In this document: positions 1 to 13,961 of the stretch, piece by piece | Layout: every line of letters begins with the position of its first letter | Position numbering within the stretch: position 1 is the stretch's first letter | From: Octopus sinensis | Taxonomy: Eukaryota | NCBI RefSeq assembly: GCF_006345805.1 | Contig: NC_042998.1 | Coordinates: 31,992,001-32,056,000, forward strand | Direction of reading: 5' to 3' | DNA: 64,000 nt | The notes under the pieces: generated by a model | Database searches by the model: none | The model's input: the letters and a program-made list of their open reading frames with translations, nothing else | What the model was told of the DNA's origin: nothing | Program-made: the position numbers and the translations under genes

Positions 1-124
1 AGATATTATGTTTTTATATGGTTACCCTATAAACTGGACATAACTATCTTTATCTAAATACTCTATTGGCGTATAAATTCTTTTCCGATTTATTTTTGTG
101 TGCTACTTTGGGGATATACTGACG

Positions 125-155
<31 letters not shown>

Positions 156-193
156 GATATATGTATGTATATATATGTGTGTGTGTGTGTGTG

Positions 194-226
<33 letters not shown>

Positions 227-546
227 ACATTTATATACACACATATATATACATATATATATAGTTATGAACATATTATTATACAATTAGAGATAAAACC
301 ACTATTAGGCAAATCATACAATGAAAAACTTAAGCCAATACATAGATTAATTAATTTATATTATTTTAAATATATCAAAATTATTAAAAAGATAATTAGT
401 ATAACACTACGATCGTTTCATGGCTGTCCAATTCTTAAATTTCGAGTTACAGTCATTTTCAGGTGATTTAAATATTTAACTTAGCGAGGTTTTATCAATG
501 AATATATATAGTTATGAATATATATACATGTATATACACGCATATC

Positions 547-578
<32 letters not shown>

Positions 579-1278
579 ATCTTATATGTATGAGTGTGTG
601 TGTGCGTCTGTGTGACAGGTAAAAAAAATGAATGGTTTATACCTGGTAGCTTACTGGTATAACAGAGTCACTTTCAGGTGCTCGTTATGTATTTGGTTAA
701 TGAGAGACGGAAGATGATATAATACTGAAAAATATTATTAACCATATATATATATATATCACCATTCCTGACTGACCATCTGCTACAGTAAACCACTTTA
801 ATTCATTGTGTCATATGTAAGAGGAATGCCACTTGGAAAATTATTTACCTTTATAGGAACGAATATTACAAAGATGTTAATACAAGATGACGACAAATAA
901 AACCAGAAATATTAATCATAGAATCCGTACTAAAGAAAAATACATCCTGAAGCTGAACACACAGTACATCTTAGTATCAACTCCTTATCAGGCAATCCGG
1001 CGAAACTATGTCTTGATTATTGAAAAAAAGAAAAATGTCAATGATGGAAAGATAAAAAATATTGCTATGACAAATGAGAAAATGACACGTCAGCCTTAAG
1101 ATTCTTGCCTGAAATTGAATGACAAAACCACGGAAATAAAAAAGCGTTGATACAATAATATGTCATCTAAAACCTAGTTTGCACAGACTTGAAATATCGC
1201 TTGGTGTTATACCCGAAAATAAAGAACTGTAATACCTATGAGCTGAAGTTTGGACCTACTCTTGGTTACTTTTCATAG

Positions 1279-1575
1279 CTATGTATGTATGTATGTATGT
1301 ATGTATGCATGCATGTATGTATGTATGTGTGTATGTATGTATGTATGTATGTATGTATGTATGCATGTATGTATGTATGTATGTATGTGTGTATGTATGT
1401 ATGCATGTATGTATGTATGTGTGTATGTATGTATGTATGCATGTATGTATGTATGTGTGTATGTATGTATGTATGCATGTATGCATGTATGTGTGTATGT
1501 GTGTATGTATGTATGTATGTATGTACGTCCGTATGTATGTATTTATGTATGTATGTATGTATGTATGTATGTATA
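1279..1575. repeat. (TATG)n microsatellite
   Basis: Direct reading. Confidence 0.95.
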
Positions 1576-1812
1576 TCTGTTTACGTGTGCATGTAAGTAA
1601 GAATGTAGGTACGTTATTTTTGTGTATGTTACAGAAACAGTGATAAATGTCATAACATCCATTTAACACCTATATATACAGTTTTATTCACCTGATACTC
1701 TTAACTATGACAACCTACCGTGGTGTGTTTCTACATACATATACACACACGCACATATATATGTATGTATATGTAGGTATATGTATATATATGTATGGTA
1801 TTATATTTATCT

Positions 1813-1852
<40 letters not shown>

Positions 1853-1863
1853 AATATATATAT

Positions 1864-1916
<53 letters not shown>

Positions 1917-2329
1917 ATATATATACATATGTGTGTGTGCGTATGTATATATATTTGCATGTAGAATACGGTGTTAATGAACAAGCCATTGATGTGCGAT
2001 ATAAACCGTTGACACTGAGTAGCATATAATATGAAATATAATACGAAAGTTTAGTTCATAACAGATTTTAAACTTCTGTTTAAAAAGGTGTCATTAGTCT
2101 ACGACTTCAGAAGGCAGCAGAAAACTTTAGATCAAATAAGATTTCAGATTTCGAACCACTACGCGACAAACCAAACCCACACACACACACACCACCACAA
2201 CCACACACACACACACACACACACACCACAAACACACACACACCCAACACATAGAGACACACACACACATACAGACACACACACATACAGACACACAACA
2301 CACACACACATTACAACATGTGCATATGT

Positions 2330-2363
<34 letters not shown>

Positions 2364-2966
2364 ATATTATATATATATATATATAGATTATATATAATGG
2401 ATATATATATATGAATATTATATGGATATATATATATATATATATATATGGATATATATATATATATGGATATATAGATATGAATGTGTATATTATATAT
2501 TATATATATTTATATATATATATATATAAGTTTATATATGTATATATTAATAAATATACATATATTCATACAAGCATGCATACCTACACGCATACATACA
2601 CATACAAAAACACAAGCACACACATACACACACCATGCACACACATGTACACATATGTCTGCTCTGTAGCTGTGTCACTTCACCTACAAAATGCTTCCGA
2701 TGACAGAACACTGTCAGCATGTATGAGATACTGCATCGGAAGCCTAATAACGACAACAGCAACCACCACCTCCACCACCACCACAACAACAATAACATTG
2801 AGAACAAAACCAGTATGAACACTATTGACAGTTGTATTTTCCATACATAGGTAATCATCAATTTCTTTCCCAATTATTGGTGTTTGATAAGGTTTTACGT
2901 CACCTTAGTTGATTTTGCCTTTCATCTTTCCGAGTTCAATAAAATAAGTATTAATTTGATTATTTG

Positions 2967-3066
2967 NNNNNNNNNNNNNNNNNNNNNNNNNNNNNNNNNN
3001 NNNNNNNNNNNNNNNNNNNNNNNNNNNNNNNNNNNNNNNNNNNNNNNNNNNNNNNNNNNNNNNNNN
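2967..3066. other. Assembly gap (100 N)
   Basis: Run of N. Confidence 1.
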
Positions 3067-3086
3067 CTCATCTGGTTACATCATAC

Positions 3087-3126
<40 letters not shown>

Positions 3127-3504
3127 ATCTATCTATCTATCTATCTATCTATCAAACTAACTATTTATCTATCTGCCTATCTGTCTATTTAAAGTATATT
3201 ATGGATAGGTATAAATACACACAGACAGACACACGCACACACATACACATATATACGTTCTTACAAATACATACACATACAAAAGGACAAATATATAGAT
3301 GAACAGTTATTTAGATAGATAAATAGATAGATGATATGTTTCTTTATTAGCCACACAGGGCTGCACACAGACGGGACAAATTAGAAGGTAGACCTTTTCT
3401 TTTTAGGGAGAAAAAGAAGGGAGCGGGCCGATCAAAAGGGATCGTAAAAAGGAAACGAAGAGGAAAGAGAAAGAGGAAATAGAGAGATAGACAGACAGAC
3501 AGAT

Positions 3505-3610
3505 AGATGGGTAGATAGAATGATAGATATATAGATAGATAAATAGGTATGTAGATAGATAGATGATAGATAGATAGATAAATAGATAGATAGACAGATT
3601 AGATAGATAT

Positions 3611-3693
<83 letters not shown>
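3505..3693. repeat. (GATA)n microsatellite (others at 3087-3152, 20952-21065, 40506-40581, 55756-55862)
   Basis: Direct reading. Confidence 0.95.
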
Positions 3694-3694
<1 letters not shown>

Positions 3695-4375
3695 CTGCAA
3701 AGCCTTTACACTCTTACACATAAACAAACACGATGGAAGTGTTGTGAGTCCCAAAGAAGGAATTACTTACCTGCCACTAACGTTCTTAGAATACACAGTT
3801 GCAGCAAGTAATTTTACAAACTTTATATTTCCAGTAAAAATGCCGGCATCCCAGTGTTTTCCATCTAAAAGTGGTGGAAGTAACTCCGTTAGTTAGTTTG
3901 TTGGTTAAATCTCTCTCTCCCCCTTTCTCTCTCTCTCTCTCTCCCCAACTCTATCTCTCTCTCTCTCGCTCGCTCTCTCCGTCTATAAAATCATGGATAT
4001 TGTCATAGTTTTCCGAACAATGATATGTGTAGAGTCTCAAACATATTTTTCTTCCCGTCGTCGTTCGTCTTCTTCTTCTTATCTTCCGTGTGCTCAATTT
4101 TACTTCTCATCCTGTTCTTTTGTTTCCAATCCAGTGTCCTGATTAATTTTTACTTCCCCTCCAAACTCACTCCACTCATTCTTGCTCAGTTCTCTCTCTA
4201 TTTCCTTCGCATGTCTTATTCCTAGCATTTGTTATGTTTCTGGAGCTATTTTTTAATCCAATTTTTTCTCTCTATCAGTCTTCGCATCTCTACGCACCTT
4301 CGCATCTCTGTCCGTCTGCCTTGCCTACCTGCCTATTTGACTTTCTCTCTCTCTCTCTCACTCGCTTCCACCACA

Positions 4376-4435
<60 letters not shown>

Positions 4436-5222
4436 ATGTTTTTCTAACCACGGTCCACTAGTTTTGAAGCCCGATACATCTAATACAATATTAAAAGACA
4501 CTTGAACACATTAACATTAACTATATTTAACGAAGACATTATCTATCTAATCTAAATAAATACCTTTTTTTCTGACATGTAAATAACTATATTTCTATGT
4601 GTGTGACTGTGCATGTATGAATATAGTTCTGTGAGTGTGTATGTATGTTTAAGTGTGTGTGTGTGTTTAAGTAAGTATGTATGTTTGTGTGTGTGAGAGA
4701 GAGAGAGAGAGGAGGAGAGATTGTGTACGTGGTTATGTTTGTATTTTATTTAGTGAGTGTGGGATAAACGAGCCATAAATTTAGTGGCTTAAAGTAATAA
4801 CAAAATTGACATAAATATTAAAAAAAATAAATTTCACAAACATCTCAACATATACACATACATGCATAGATACATTTATACAAACATTCACAAGCACACA
4901 CGTATATATATATATTTATATATATATATATAAATTACGATTTGTTGGGATCCCCCAACTGCTGCGAAGTGGAAGATATATGTATGTAGTATGTATGTAT
5001 GTATATGTGTGTATGTATTCATGTGTGTATGTATGTAGGTATTATGTGTGTGTGTTTATACATATAATATATATTATATGTATAAACACCCACACACATA
5101 TATATGCATATATATATGCAAATATATATATATATATAGATATATATATATATCTATATATATATATATATATATATCTATATATATATATATATTGTAT
5201 ATATATATATTTATATATATTA

Positions 5223-5282
<60 letters not shown>

Positions 5283-5674
5283 GAACGGAAGCCAAAAGCA
5301 ATAAATGAATGAATGGAGAAAGCTGTAGATAAAGCGGATAATTAAATATGAAAAGAAAAAAAAGGACCAATTAGAAAGAAGGAAAAGAAATATTACAAAA
5401 AAAAAAAAGAATAACCTGGTAAATATGTAAATGATATAAAGATAAAAGAAAAGCAACAACAAAGACCGAACTCTCAACACCATGCAACTAACACGTACAC
5501 TCATGCACACATGTATACACGCTAGGCGCGCGTACGAAGGAACAGGCAAAGCAACAGACACTCTCACACAGACCTCAGACGGGAGTTGAGGGTGCGAGGT
5601 GAATGGCATGAATTAGAGGAGAATTTATAGAACCTCTATAATGTTTTTTATTCTTCTCTTTCTTTCTCATTTAG

Positions 5675-5755
5675 ACAGAGGAAATGTCTCCTCCAGCCGA
5701 ACCAGATGTTGAGTAATGCAGTTCTATTTCCTAATATCCAATTCTTAATAAACAG
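5675..5755 (+). other. Candidate 81-nt spliced exon (host gene or lncRNA)
   Basis: Long pyrimidine tract + TTTAG acceptor, AACAG|GTGAGT donor, one open frame QRKCLLQPNQMLSNAVLFPNIQFLIN; no homology recognised. Confidence 0.35.
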
Positions 5756-5899
5756 GTGAGTCTAAAAAAGAAGTAGAAAAAAAGCAAAATATTAACCCCT
5801 TAAACTTCACTCACTTTTAGTTCTTTATCTTTCTGTTTACCTATTATTGTTTTAACTTTATTTTGTTGTTTTGTTAGTGTGTTGTTTTATGTTATTTTC

Positions 5900-6125
5900 T
5901 TTTATCTTTTACTTGTTTCATTCATTGGACTGCGGCCATGCTGGTGCGCCGCATTGAAGAACTTTTAGCCGAATGAACCGATCCCAGTACTTATTGATTT
6001 TTTTTAACCGTGATACTTATTTTATCGGTCTCTTTTACCGAACCACTAGATCACGAGGATGTAAACAAAACAACACCTGTTGCCCAGTAATAGCGGGGGA
6101 ACAATGACACAAAGACACACACATA
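5900..6125 (-). mobile_element. SINE family A, 3' half
   Basis: GACTGCGGCCATGCTGG..TACTTATT motif order. Confidence 0.7.
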
Positions 6126-6225
6126 CGTATATATATATATATATATATATAACAATATAATAAATAAAACATATGCATATATACATACATAACTGTACAT
6201 ACTTACATCTATATGTATATATACA

Positions 6226-6264
<39 letters not shown>

Positions 6265-6661
6265 TATATGAGCACAGGACGCCACAAATAAACGTAGAAC
6301 ACGACGAGAAACGAAAACATAAAATCAAACAAGGACACGGACTTTTTTTAACAACAGAGTACAGGACAAACAATACAAGGAAAATTCCCCTTCATCAGCT
6401 GCCCCTGGTTCGACTCAATGCGTGTTTCGAAGGTATATATATAAATAAGGATAAGATCGTTATTTAAAATACCGATCATATCAGGTGGCTAGCATGGGAA
6501 AAAACCTCATAGGTAATAATTATTATTAAAATTATAATTAAGGGTATCTAAAAGATACCACCATGTTAGATATAGCACCCAAATCTTGACTCTAAAACCA
6601 CATTAAATGTTCATACAGCACCAGGTGCTGTATAAACATTTTATGTGGTTTTGGCTGCTTT

Positions 6662-6829
6662 ATCGGGGCTTCTTTCAATTTTCTACTACCAAATCCACTC
6701 GCAAGGGCTTCATCAACCTGAGGCTATGCCCTAGGTCGACCAAGTCCTTTCCCCAAGTCGCTACACAGTGGGACTGAACCCGGAACCATGTGGTCGGGAA
6801 GCAAACTTCTTACCACATAGCCACACCTG
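6662..6829 (-). mobile_element. SINE family A, 5' half
   Basis: CAGTGGGACTGAACCCGGAACCATGTGG..TTACCACATAGCCAC. Confidence 0.75.
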
Positions 6830-7159
6830 AAAATACAAACGGAAAACAAAAGCTTACTCTTTGACTAATTGGGGCCGTTTTTTTGCTGTTATTGTTATTG
6901 TTTGACCCCTTCAGATCAATCATAATAGTGGTTGAGATGCTGGTGGTGCACATCCAAAATCTAAATAATTCCAGCCGCGACTATCCTGCCTTTTGATAAA
7001 TAGCTTTTGTCAAACCGTGTTTATTTAATGCCATAATAATAGTCCTTTTTATGGAGATGTGTTATTATGATTTGAGGAAGATTTCTTTACTGCTGTTTCT
7101 ACAAGGTCAAGAAGCTATATAGCGGCTCCCCTTTTGATAACAAGTAGATAAGTATTGAT

Positions 7160-7608
7160 TTTAAATTTTGGCACGAAAACAGAGCAGCGATTTCGGGGAA
7201 GAGTACTAGTCGATTACATCGACCCCAGTATTCAACTGGTACTTATTTTATCGATCTTGACAAAAATGAAAGGCAAAGTCGACCTCGGTAGAACTTGAAC
7301 TCAGAACATGAAGACGGGCGAAATGCTGCTGAGCATTTGCCCCGGCGTACTAACGTTTCTGCTAGCTCACCACTTTTAGAAGTATGTAGACGTTGGTTTC
7401 AAATTTTGGCCCACGGTCAGCTATTTCAGTTGAGGGCGTAAGTCAATTGCTTCAACCCCAGTACTTAACTGGTTCTTGTTTTATCGACCCCGAATGAATA
7501 AAATGTAAAATCGACGCCGACGGAATTTGAATTCAGAACATAAGGACGGTCTAAATGCCTCTAACCATTTCTGCCCGGTCTGCTGACGATTCTGCCAGCT
7601 CACCACTT
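7160..7608 (-). mobile_element. Two tandem SINE family B copies (tail 2 type), 7160-7376 and 7395-7608
   Basis: Each runs from GTCGATTACATCGACCCCAG to CTAGCTCACC or CCAGCTCACC. Confidence 0.8.
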
Positions 7609-9227
7609 TAAGAAGCATTATAAATATTGCTGTTTATTGTTATTGTTGTTATTCATCATCAGATTAGCCCTAAATGAATTTTAATTAAATAAAGTCTACC
7701 CCACTATGTTCTTGTCCTTTTCCCCGGTATGGTATGTCTTGGACTATATTATCTAATGTGCCTCCCTTTTTTGAAAACGGCAAGATCGCACCTCAAAGTC
7801 ATTTAGCTGTTACTTCTTGCAGGCCGGACCACCGAGTAATTTCTATATTTATCATTTGGTAGAAAAGCTGAATGTGGAACAAGGATAATTTTTTTCCCTG
7901 TAATTACTTTTATTTACTTCTTTATTCAATTATTTCGATATTCATTTATTTCAGAAAGATTCAGCTGGGAATTGAAATCGTGCGTCATTGATACGGTTTG
8001 TCAAACTCTGATATCTTGTTTTATGTTGTCTCTCACAATTTTTTTCAACCGTACATTTATTTCCTATCTTTGGGTTTTAATTCGTTCAACCCAATAAACT
8101 GCTGTTTTTCTTTGCCGTTGTTTTGGACTTGAACCCGGCCCTATAGTTTTACAGTTGTTGCTGTAGTTGTTGTTGTTCTTGTTGTTTTCTTAGTCCTTGG
8201 TTAGCCCCGATCAAAGGAGACAGACCAATATTCAATATTATTCCAGCGGTAATCAAACCGAGTTTTCTTTTTAATTTACAACGTAAGATGATGGTAGTGG
8301 AAGATTTGGCTGTTATTTCTAGCAGGCTGAGTGATCATGTAAGCCAGTATTTCTTAAACAGCAGGCTACGGATTTTTAGAAAAAAATGTTTTAAAGAAAA
8401 ATAGAAGTGATGCTTGCACGTCTTGAATCTATATTTAAAAATAGAACGTACTTATAACTTTGTTGTATTCAAGTTCTTTTTTTCTAAATTCTAAACTTTA
8501 AAACAGTCTTTTGTTAAAGTTTCCATACAATATACGGTCCGTAATTCACTTAATCTCCAATGTGCCACCAAGTCAAATAGATTGAAAATGTCTGACCTAG
8601 GGGCTTTCCAGCTGGTTCAATATTTGTCGAGTTCATTTGGAGCCACAGCAAGTGGCATTACATTTTTGCCTTACAGACCAGTTCAGACGTTTTAGTTGTA
8701 CTAATCAGAGTCGGACAAAATACCGTTCGGCATCTATGTTCTTAATCCAAACTCCACTAAACTCAGTTCTGCTGTTAACAGTGACGAACTGGGTCGAAAA
8801 ATGTTGGTTGCCAGGAGACTAAAGGGGACCACCTGAAACTACAATGCTATTATTTATTTATTATTTTTTATTTGTTAAGAGTATTCATTTCAACTGTCTA
8901 CAAACACAGCCAGGCTGAAATACTGCATTCTTCCACGAGTGAATATAAAAAAATTCTCAAACTTGAGGGAATGGACCCCCGTATATGGATTCTAATGGCG
9001 CAGGAGCCAACTTGCCATCGGGCAAGCTGGCAACCTGGCCAGTCCGCCACTGGCTGTTAATATTCAGTTTTTCTCAAATATTTTTCATCTATCCATCTCT
9101 TCGATTCCTAATTGACTCTGGCGCGGCCTCATAGCCATTGATGTTTAAAAAATCTCCTTGTATTTTCATAATTATATCCTATTAGGAACTGTATTAAAAA
9201 AAAAAAAAAATGTTGAAATATGCCCAC

Positions 9228-9508
9228 GGGCATATGGCATAGTGGTTAAGAGCGCGGGCTACTAACCCCAATATTCTGAGTTCGATTCCAAGCAGTGATA
9301 ATAATAATAATAATAATAACGACAATAACATCGAAAAATACCTAAGGAATGAGAACCCAGGTTCGAAGTTTCCTCCAAGACACCTGATGAAGGCTGGAGG
9401 GTATATCAGCCGAAACGTGTTAAAAACAAACAAGATGAGGACAAATATCCGTCAGATGTAAATAATGCAAATAATGTAAATAATTCCTCATCTCTTAAAT
9501 ATAGAAGT
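9228..9508 (+). mobile_element. SINE family C: tRNA-like head + (AAT)n + hammerhead-like motif
   Basis: A box TGGCATAGTGG, B box GAGTTCGATTCC; gacac-CTGATGA-a-GGCTG..CAGCC-GAAAC at 9379-9416. Confidence 0.8.
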
Positions 9509-9811
9509 GTATTTTGTGTTGTAGAAATGTGACCAATTTATTGCAGATAAATGATGACACCAAAATCTGATATGAACCCCCAAACGTCATATGAACCCCA
9601 AAAGAAAAGGTAGTAATGGGGGGGGGGGGTCCGTCAACTAAATTCAAAATTTCATATATATATATATATCACCGTGACCGACCAGGCTATCAGATGTTGA
9701 TACACATCGCTGGTCACAATGCTTCGCATTGTTTTAGCCTTCAAATGACGCCACCCCGCTGGCTAAGCGAGCAGGCCAATATATATATATATATATAATA
9801 TATATATATAT

Positions 9812-10022
9812 ATATGCCTTCAAAATGTGACCGTGTGTGTACTGTCGGTGATTTTTTTTTCCTCTGTCTTCCCTTCTCTGGATCTTTCCTTCTCCTATGT
9901 TTCCGACGAAGAGCTCCGCTCGAAACCTTAATACCCCTCCTTCTTTCCTTAGCGTCCAATAATACTATATTTGTTCCACGTTCTCGCGTTGTTGTGTTTT
10001 TTTTGTGCTTTCATGTTTGGAT

Positions 10023-10025
<3 letters not shown>
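9812..10025 (+). repeat. Interspersed repeat with an HHR-like variant motif (probably PLE-derived)
   Basis: CCGACGA-A-GAGC-TCC-GCTC-GAAAC at 9903-9926; related copy at 24093-24345 (-). Confidence 0.55.
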
Positions 10026-10061
<36 letters not shown>

Positions 10062-10805
10062 ATAGGTATACTTAAAGGGGTCCGTGCGAAAACTCATTTA
10101 AATAAAAGGCTTGGGAACCGCTGTGAAAAGTTTGGGAACCACTGGACTACACTATTCCCGCCTAAATTTGAAAAAAAAAAACATTTGTAGGTTAGGAATT
10201 ATTGATATGTATATATAAGCTTTTAGTTTAAACCGGCCCAGGCCGTTCACCTCTAATCCACTTTCTCCTATTCCTTCTTTTCTATTCCGTCCTTTTTTCT
10301 TCTCTCTGTTGAACTTTCCCTATTCCCGATTCGTCCTCCCTTCCTTTCCGTTGTTTCATTTCTTAACCACAATACCAACGAAGTTCCAATCGCAATTCCT
10401 TCACACTGTAACTGCCCGTAGGCGCCTTCCGACATGTGCGCGCAATCGCTCACAAATCGCGTCAGTGCACTGATTGTGCGTGTGTGTGTGTGTGTGTGTT
10501 TGGTATGTCTGCTCGGTGCTGCTAGTAGTCTTGCTGCTGCAACAGCAAGTCAATGTGCCTCCTGATATCTCTGTCTTCAACGTTCACTTCCCGTCTTCCT
10601 ACTGCAGCATGACATCGGGCTTGCATCTGTGTACGACTGCCTGTGTGTTTCTACCTATGTGTGTATGCAGACGTGAGTGAGTAGGAGCACGCCTACAAAT
10701 GTTCATATGTACTTCTGAGCCAGTGCATAATTGCTTGTATGCTTGTGTGTGTGTATGTGTGCATGTATGCATGATCGTGGGTGTAGAATATGTGTCGGTA
10801 TTACT

Positions 10806-11135
10806 ACTGTGGGTAGTAAGACTTTGCCTTTCATCCTTTCGGGGTCGATAAATAAAGTACCAGTTACGCACTGGCGTCGATATATCTTAATCCGTCTGTC
10901 TGTCCTTGTTTGTTCTCTCTGTTTAGCCCCTTGTGGGTAGTAAAGAAATAGATATTTCGTCTGCCGCTACGTTCTGAGTTCGAATTCCGCCGAGGTCGCC
11001 TTTGCCTTTCATCCTTTCGGGGTCGATTAAATAAGCACCAGTTACGCACTGGGGTAGATATAATCGACTTAATCCCTGTGTCTGTCCTTGTTTGTTCTCT
11101 CTGTGTTTAGCCCCTTGTGGGTAGTAAAGAAACAG
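10806..11135 (+). mobile_element. Tandem family B units joined at AAAGAAATAG|ATATTTCG
   Basis: Two consecutive core + tail 1 units. Confidence 0.8.
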
Positions 11136-11661
11136 GTATTACTGCGTATGTGTGTGTTTATAGACATTTGCTCACATATGCGTATATGCGTGACTGTACA
11201 TACATTTACACTTCTGTGTTTCGGAAGTCATCTGCAGACGTATATTTCTCAGTGTGTGATTGTGTGTATGTTTGAGAATGCATTTATGTGTATGTGTGTA
11301 CAAGAATGTATATATGTGTATGACTTTACAGGTATGCGTGTATGTGCATGTATAAATATTTACACGTGTCCCGGTTGTGGATAATCTCTACGGTGTGCCA
11401 TCGTTTATGTTTTTATTATTATTATTATTATTATTATTGTATATACACGCGTTTGTTGGAGGTTTATAGATGTCTTATATAATGTGCACGTATGTATGAA
11501 TTTGTCCATGTGTGTGTTTGTGAGCGTTTAAATGTTTACACGTATGTATACGCAGGTGCGCATTTCTGCGTATGAGTGTACATCTATGCATGCTTACATG
11601 TAAGTGTATGAGCGCGAGCGATCGTGTGTGTGTGCGTGTGTGTATGTGTGTGTGTGCGTGC

Positions 11662-11696
<35 letters not shown>

Positions 11697-11849
11697 CCGT
11701 CTGCGCGCTCAAAAATAAAAAAAGAAGCTTCATATAGACGGATGAGATCACATACTGTCACTGGTGTGTGACGCATATATATATATATATATATCAAGAA
11801 CAATCTTACTTAGAAAGGGATGCGTGCGTTCCGTCATATAATATATTAA

Positions 11850-12085
11850 TAAATAAAACATATACATATATATATACATATATGTACGTACCTACCTCTA
11901 CATGTATATATACACGCATATATGAGTACAGGACACAAAAAAAAAAAACGTCGAACACAATGAGAAACGAAAACATAGACACAAACCCAAGGAACTGGAC
12001 ATTTTTCTTAAACAACAAAAAATAGAGTACAGGACAAATAACACAAGGAAAAAAACCCTTCTTCAGTCGCCATGGTTTCATCTAC
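11850..12085 (+). repeat. Unclassified interspersed repeat family E (related copies at 6160-6435 and 21108-21320)
   Basis: Shared GTACGTACCTACCTCTACATG, GAGTACAGGAC and CCCTTCTTCAGTCGC..GGTTTCATCTAC; copies lie next to (TA)n or (TG)n. Confidence 0.7.
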
Positions 12086-13244
12086 ATATATATATATATA
12101 TAAGTTCAGCAAAATTTAGATTCAATTGAATATGGTACTTAAGTTAGATGCACCAGAATTTTGAATGGTGTTATCCATATAAATCCATGGGGTGTTGCTT
12201 ATATTGATTATATATATATATATATATAATATATATATATATACATATACATTTATATATATAAATGTTGTTTATTCGCTGGTCGACCGGGAACCTGTAC
12301 GAAGCACTTTATGTCCAAAAGTTCATTTTTAGGGGCATCGAACATAATCTTTTTATCTCATATCTCCTTTCATTCTTTTTTTCTTTTTCTTTTAAAAGCC
12401 CTAAATTTCAGTTGTGCAGAGATTTGGTTGTTATTTCTAACAGATGGAACGCCTTTAAAAGGCTCCCAAGTTGGATCGATATATAAAAGTGGAAAGAGGA
12501 GGGAGAAGGGAGAAGGAAGAGTGTTAGTGTGCTTGTGTGACCGCGCTTTTAAATTTTGAGCGAAAGCAAAAGAGACAATGAGCGGCTGGAGAGTCTCTCT
12601 CTCTCTCTGTTTCTCCCCTTCCTCATCTCCTTGTTCGTGCATAGCATATAAGACAGTATCAAAGAATGAATTCTAGTAAAGGTTTACACGCTACAAATAC
12701 GTATGCGCGGATGCTTACCGCTGTTATTTTTGCGCCTCAGGACAGCGCTAATCAAGAAGACAATCAAAGATGCTCCTCTCATGACCACCCCGTTTATTTT
12801 CCATATCTCTGTCTTCCTCCTCCAATACATAATTTATTAGGTGTTATATTTTAAAACCAAAATCATTTCCAACTGTGCAGATTCATTATGAAATTCAATC
12901 CAGTCATGACCATCACGTCCTAGATGATGTGTATCTAGGACAATATTAACCTAAATACACGTTTTTTTTTAAAATTTATTTTATAGATGTTTGTACTTGA
13001 TTTATGGAAATAATTTCACTGCTTCTCTGTTATCGGTGGTCATAGTCTCCGCCCATTTCACGAGCGTTGAAAGCTCTCTATTTTGCAGAAGAGTGTGAAG
13101 TGTCGTCGAGGCATGAAACCGAAGGACATGTTGTCAACGTCTATTGCAGTTTGAACGTCAGGCCAGCTTCAATCGAGCCGAGCTAAGAGTTACGTCTTAG
13201 GCCACCGTGTCTCTATCAGAAATTATTTTGTCTAATGCAACCTT

Positions 13245-13450
13245 CTGGCTTTGTGCTAAGTAGCTTGCTTACCAACCACATGGTTCCGGGTTCAGTCCCA
13301 CTGCGTGGCACCTAGGCAGGTGTCTTCTACTATACCTCCGGCCGACCAAAGCCTTGTGAGTGTATTTGGTAGACGGAAACTGAAAGAAGTTCGTCGTATA
13401 TATATATGTATATGTTTGTGTGTCTGTGTTTGTCCGCCCACCATTGCTAG
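13245..13450 (+). mobile_element. SINE family A, 5' half
   Basis: Head to GTTTGTCC; then diverges into sequence shared with 14870-14970. Confidence 0.8.
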
Positions 13451-13565
13451 GTCAAACTTTGTCAGGTCAGGTTTCTCAGACATTTTCCATCTATGGAGCC
13501 GCTTTGATTCATAATTTACCCAACTGGATCAACATAGCAATTTCATGTTTTAATAAAAATATACC

Positions 13566-13961
13566 CAGGACCGGATTAAGACGCATCGAGGCCCTAAGCA
13601 CTTAAAAGACTTTGGATCCCGCATAAAAGATCATGTAATTCAAAATATAAAACAATAACAAACAATAAAATAATTTTTTATTTTCCAAAACGAAACAAAA
13701 CCATAAGAGGGAAAACAATGTTTATTTTTGTATGTTTCCACTTTATTTATATTTGAAAAGTTTCCTCCTACATTTTTGAATTGCAAAGTCTTTGATCAGA
13801 TCCTCAAAATTAATCTTAGGTAACACATCTGTATCTATATTTAGTAGAGATAAAAGGGATTTCTTTTGTGTCGTAAACCATTTACAATTTCTGTGGCGCC
13901 CCTTCCTTCACTTGATACTCTAAGCACGAGCTTAATTTGCTTAATGGTTAATCCAGCGCCG
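13566..13961. mobile_element. Possible degenerate hAT-like MITE
   Basis: CAGGACCGGATTAA at the left and TTAATCCAGCGCCG at the right, internal repeated CTAAGCAC; no convincing TSD. Confidence 0.35.

Noticed and set aside
50-5312. Many YI/HT/CV/LS-rich ORFs here and throughout the window
   Set aside because: Microsatellite translations.
6385-6435. CTGATGA/CTGAAGA and GAAAC half-motifs on the - strand of family E (also about 12060 and 21290)
   Set aside because: No consistent stem I in any copy; suggestive of PLE origin only.
9228-9300. tRNA gene-like sequence (also the heads of SINE families A, B and D)
   Set aside because: A and B boxes are present but there is no closing acceptor stem, and each continues into a SINE body.
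10110-10150. Two hAT-like terminal motifs TTGGGAACC(G/A)CTG
   Set aside because: No matching opposite terminus or TSD found.
10230-10678. CpG-richer stretch ending in a GTGAGT donor, a possible first exon or promoter
   Set aside because: No recognisable peptide or core promoter; a single donor 6-mer is not enough.
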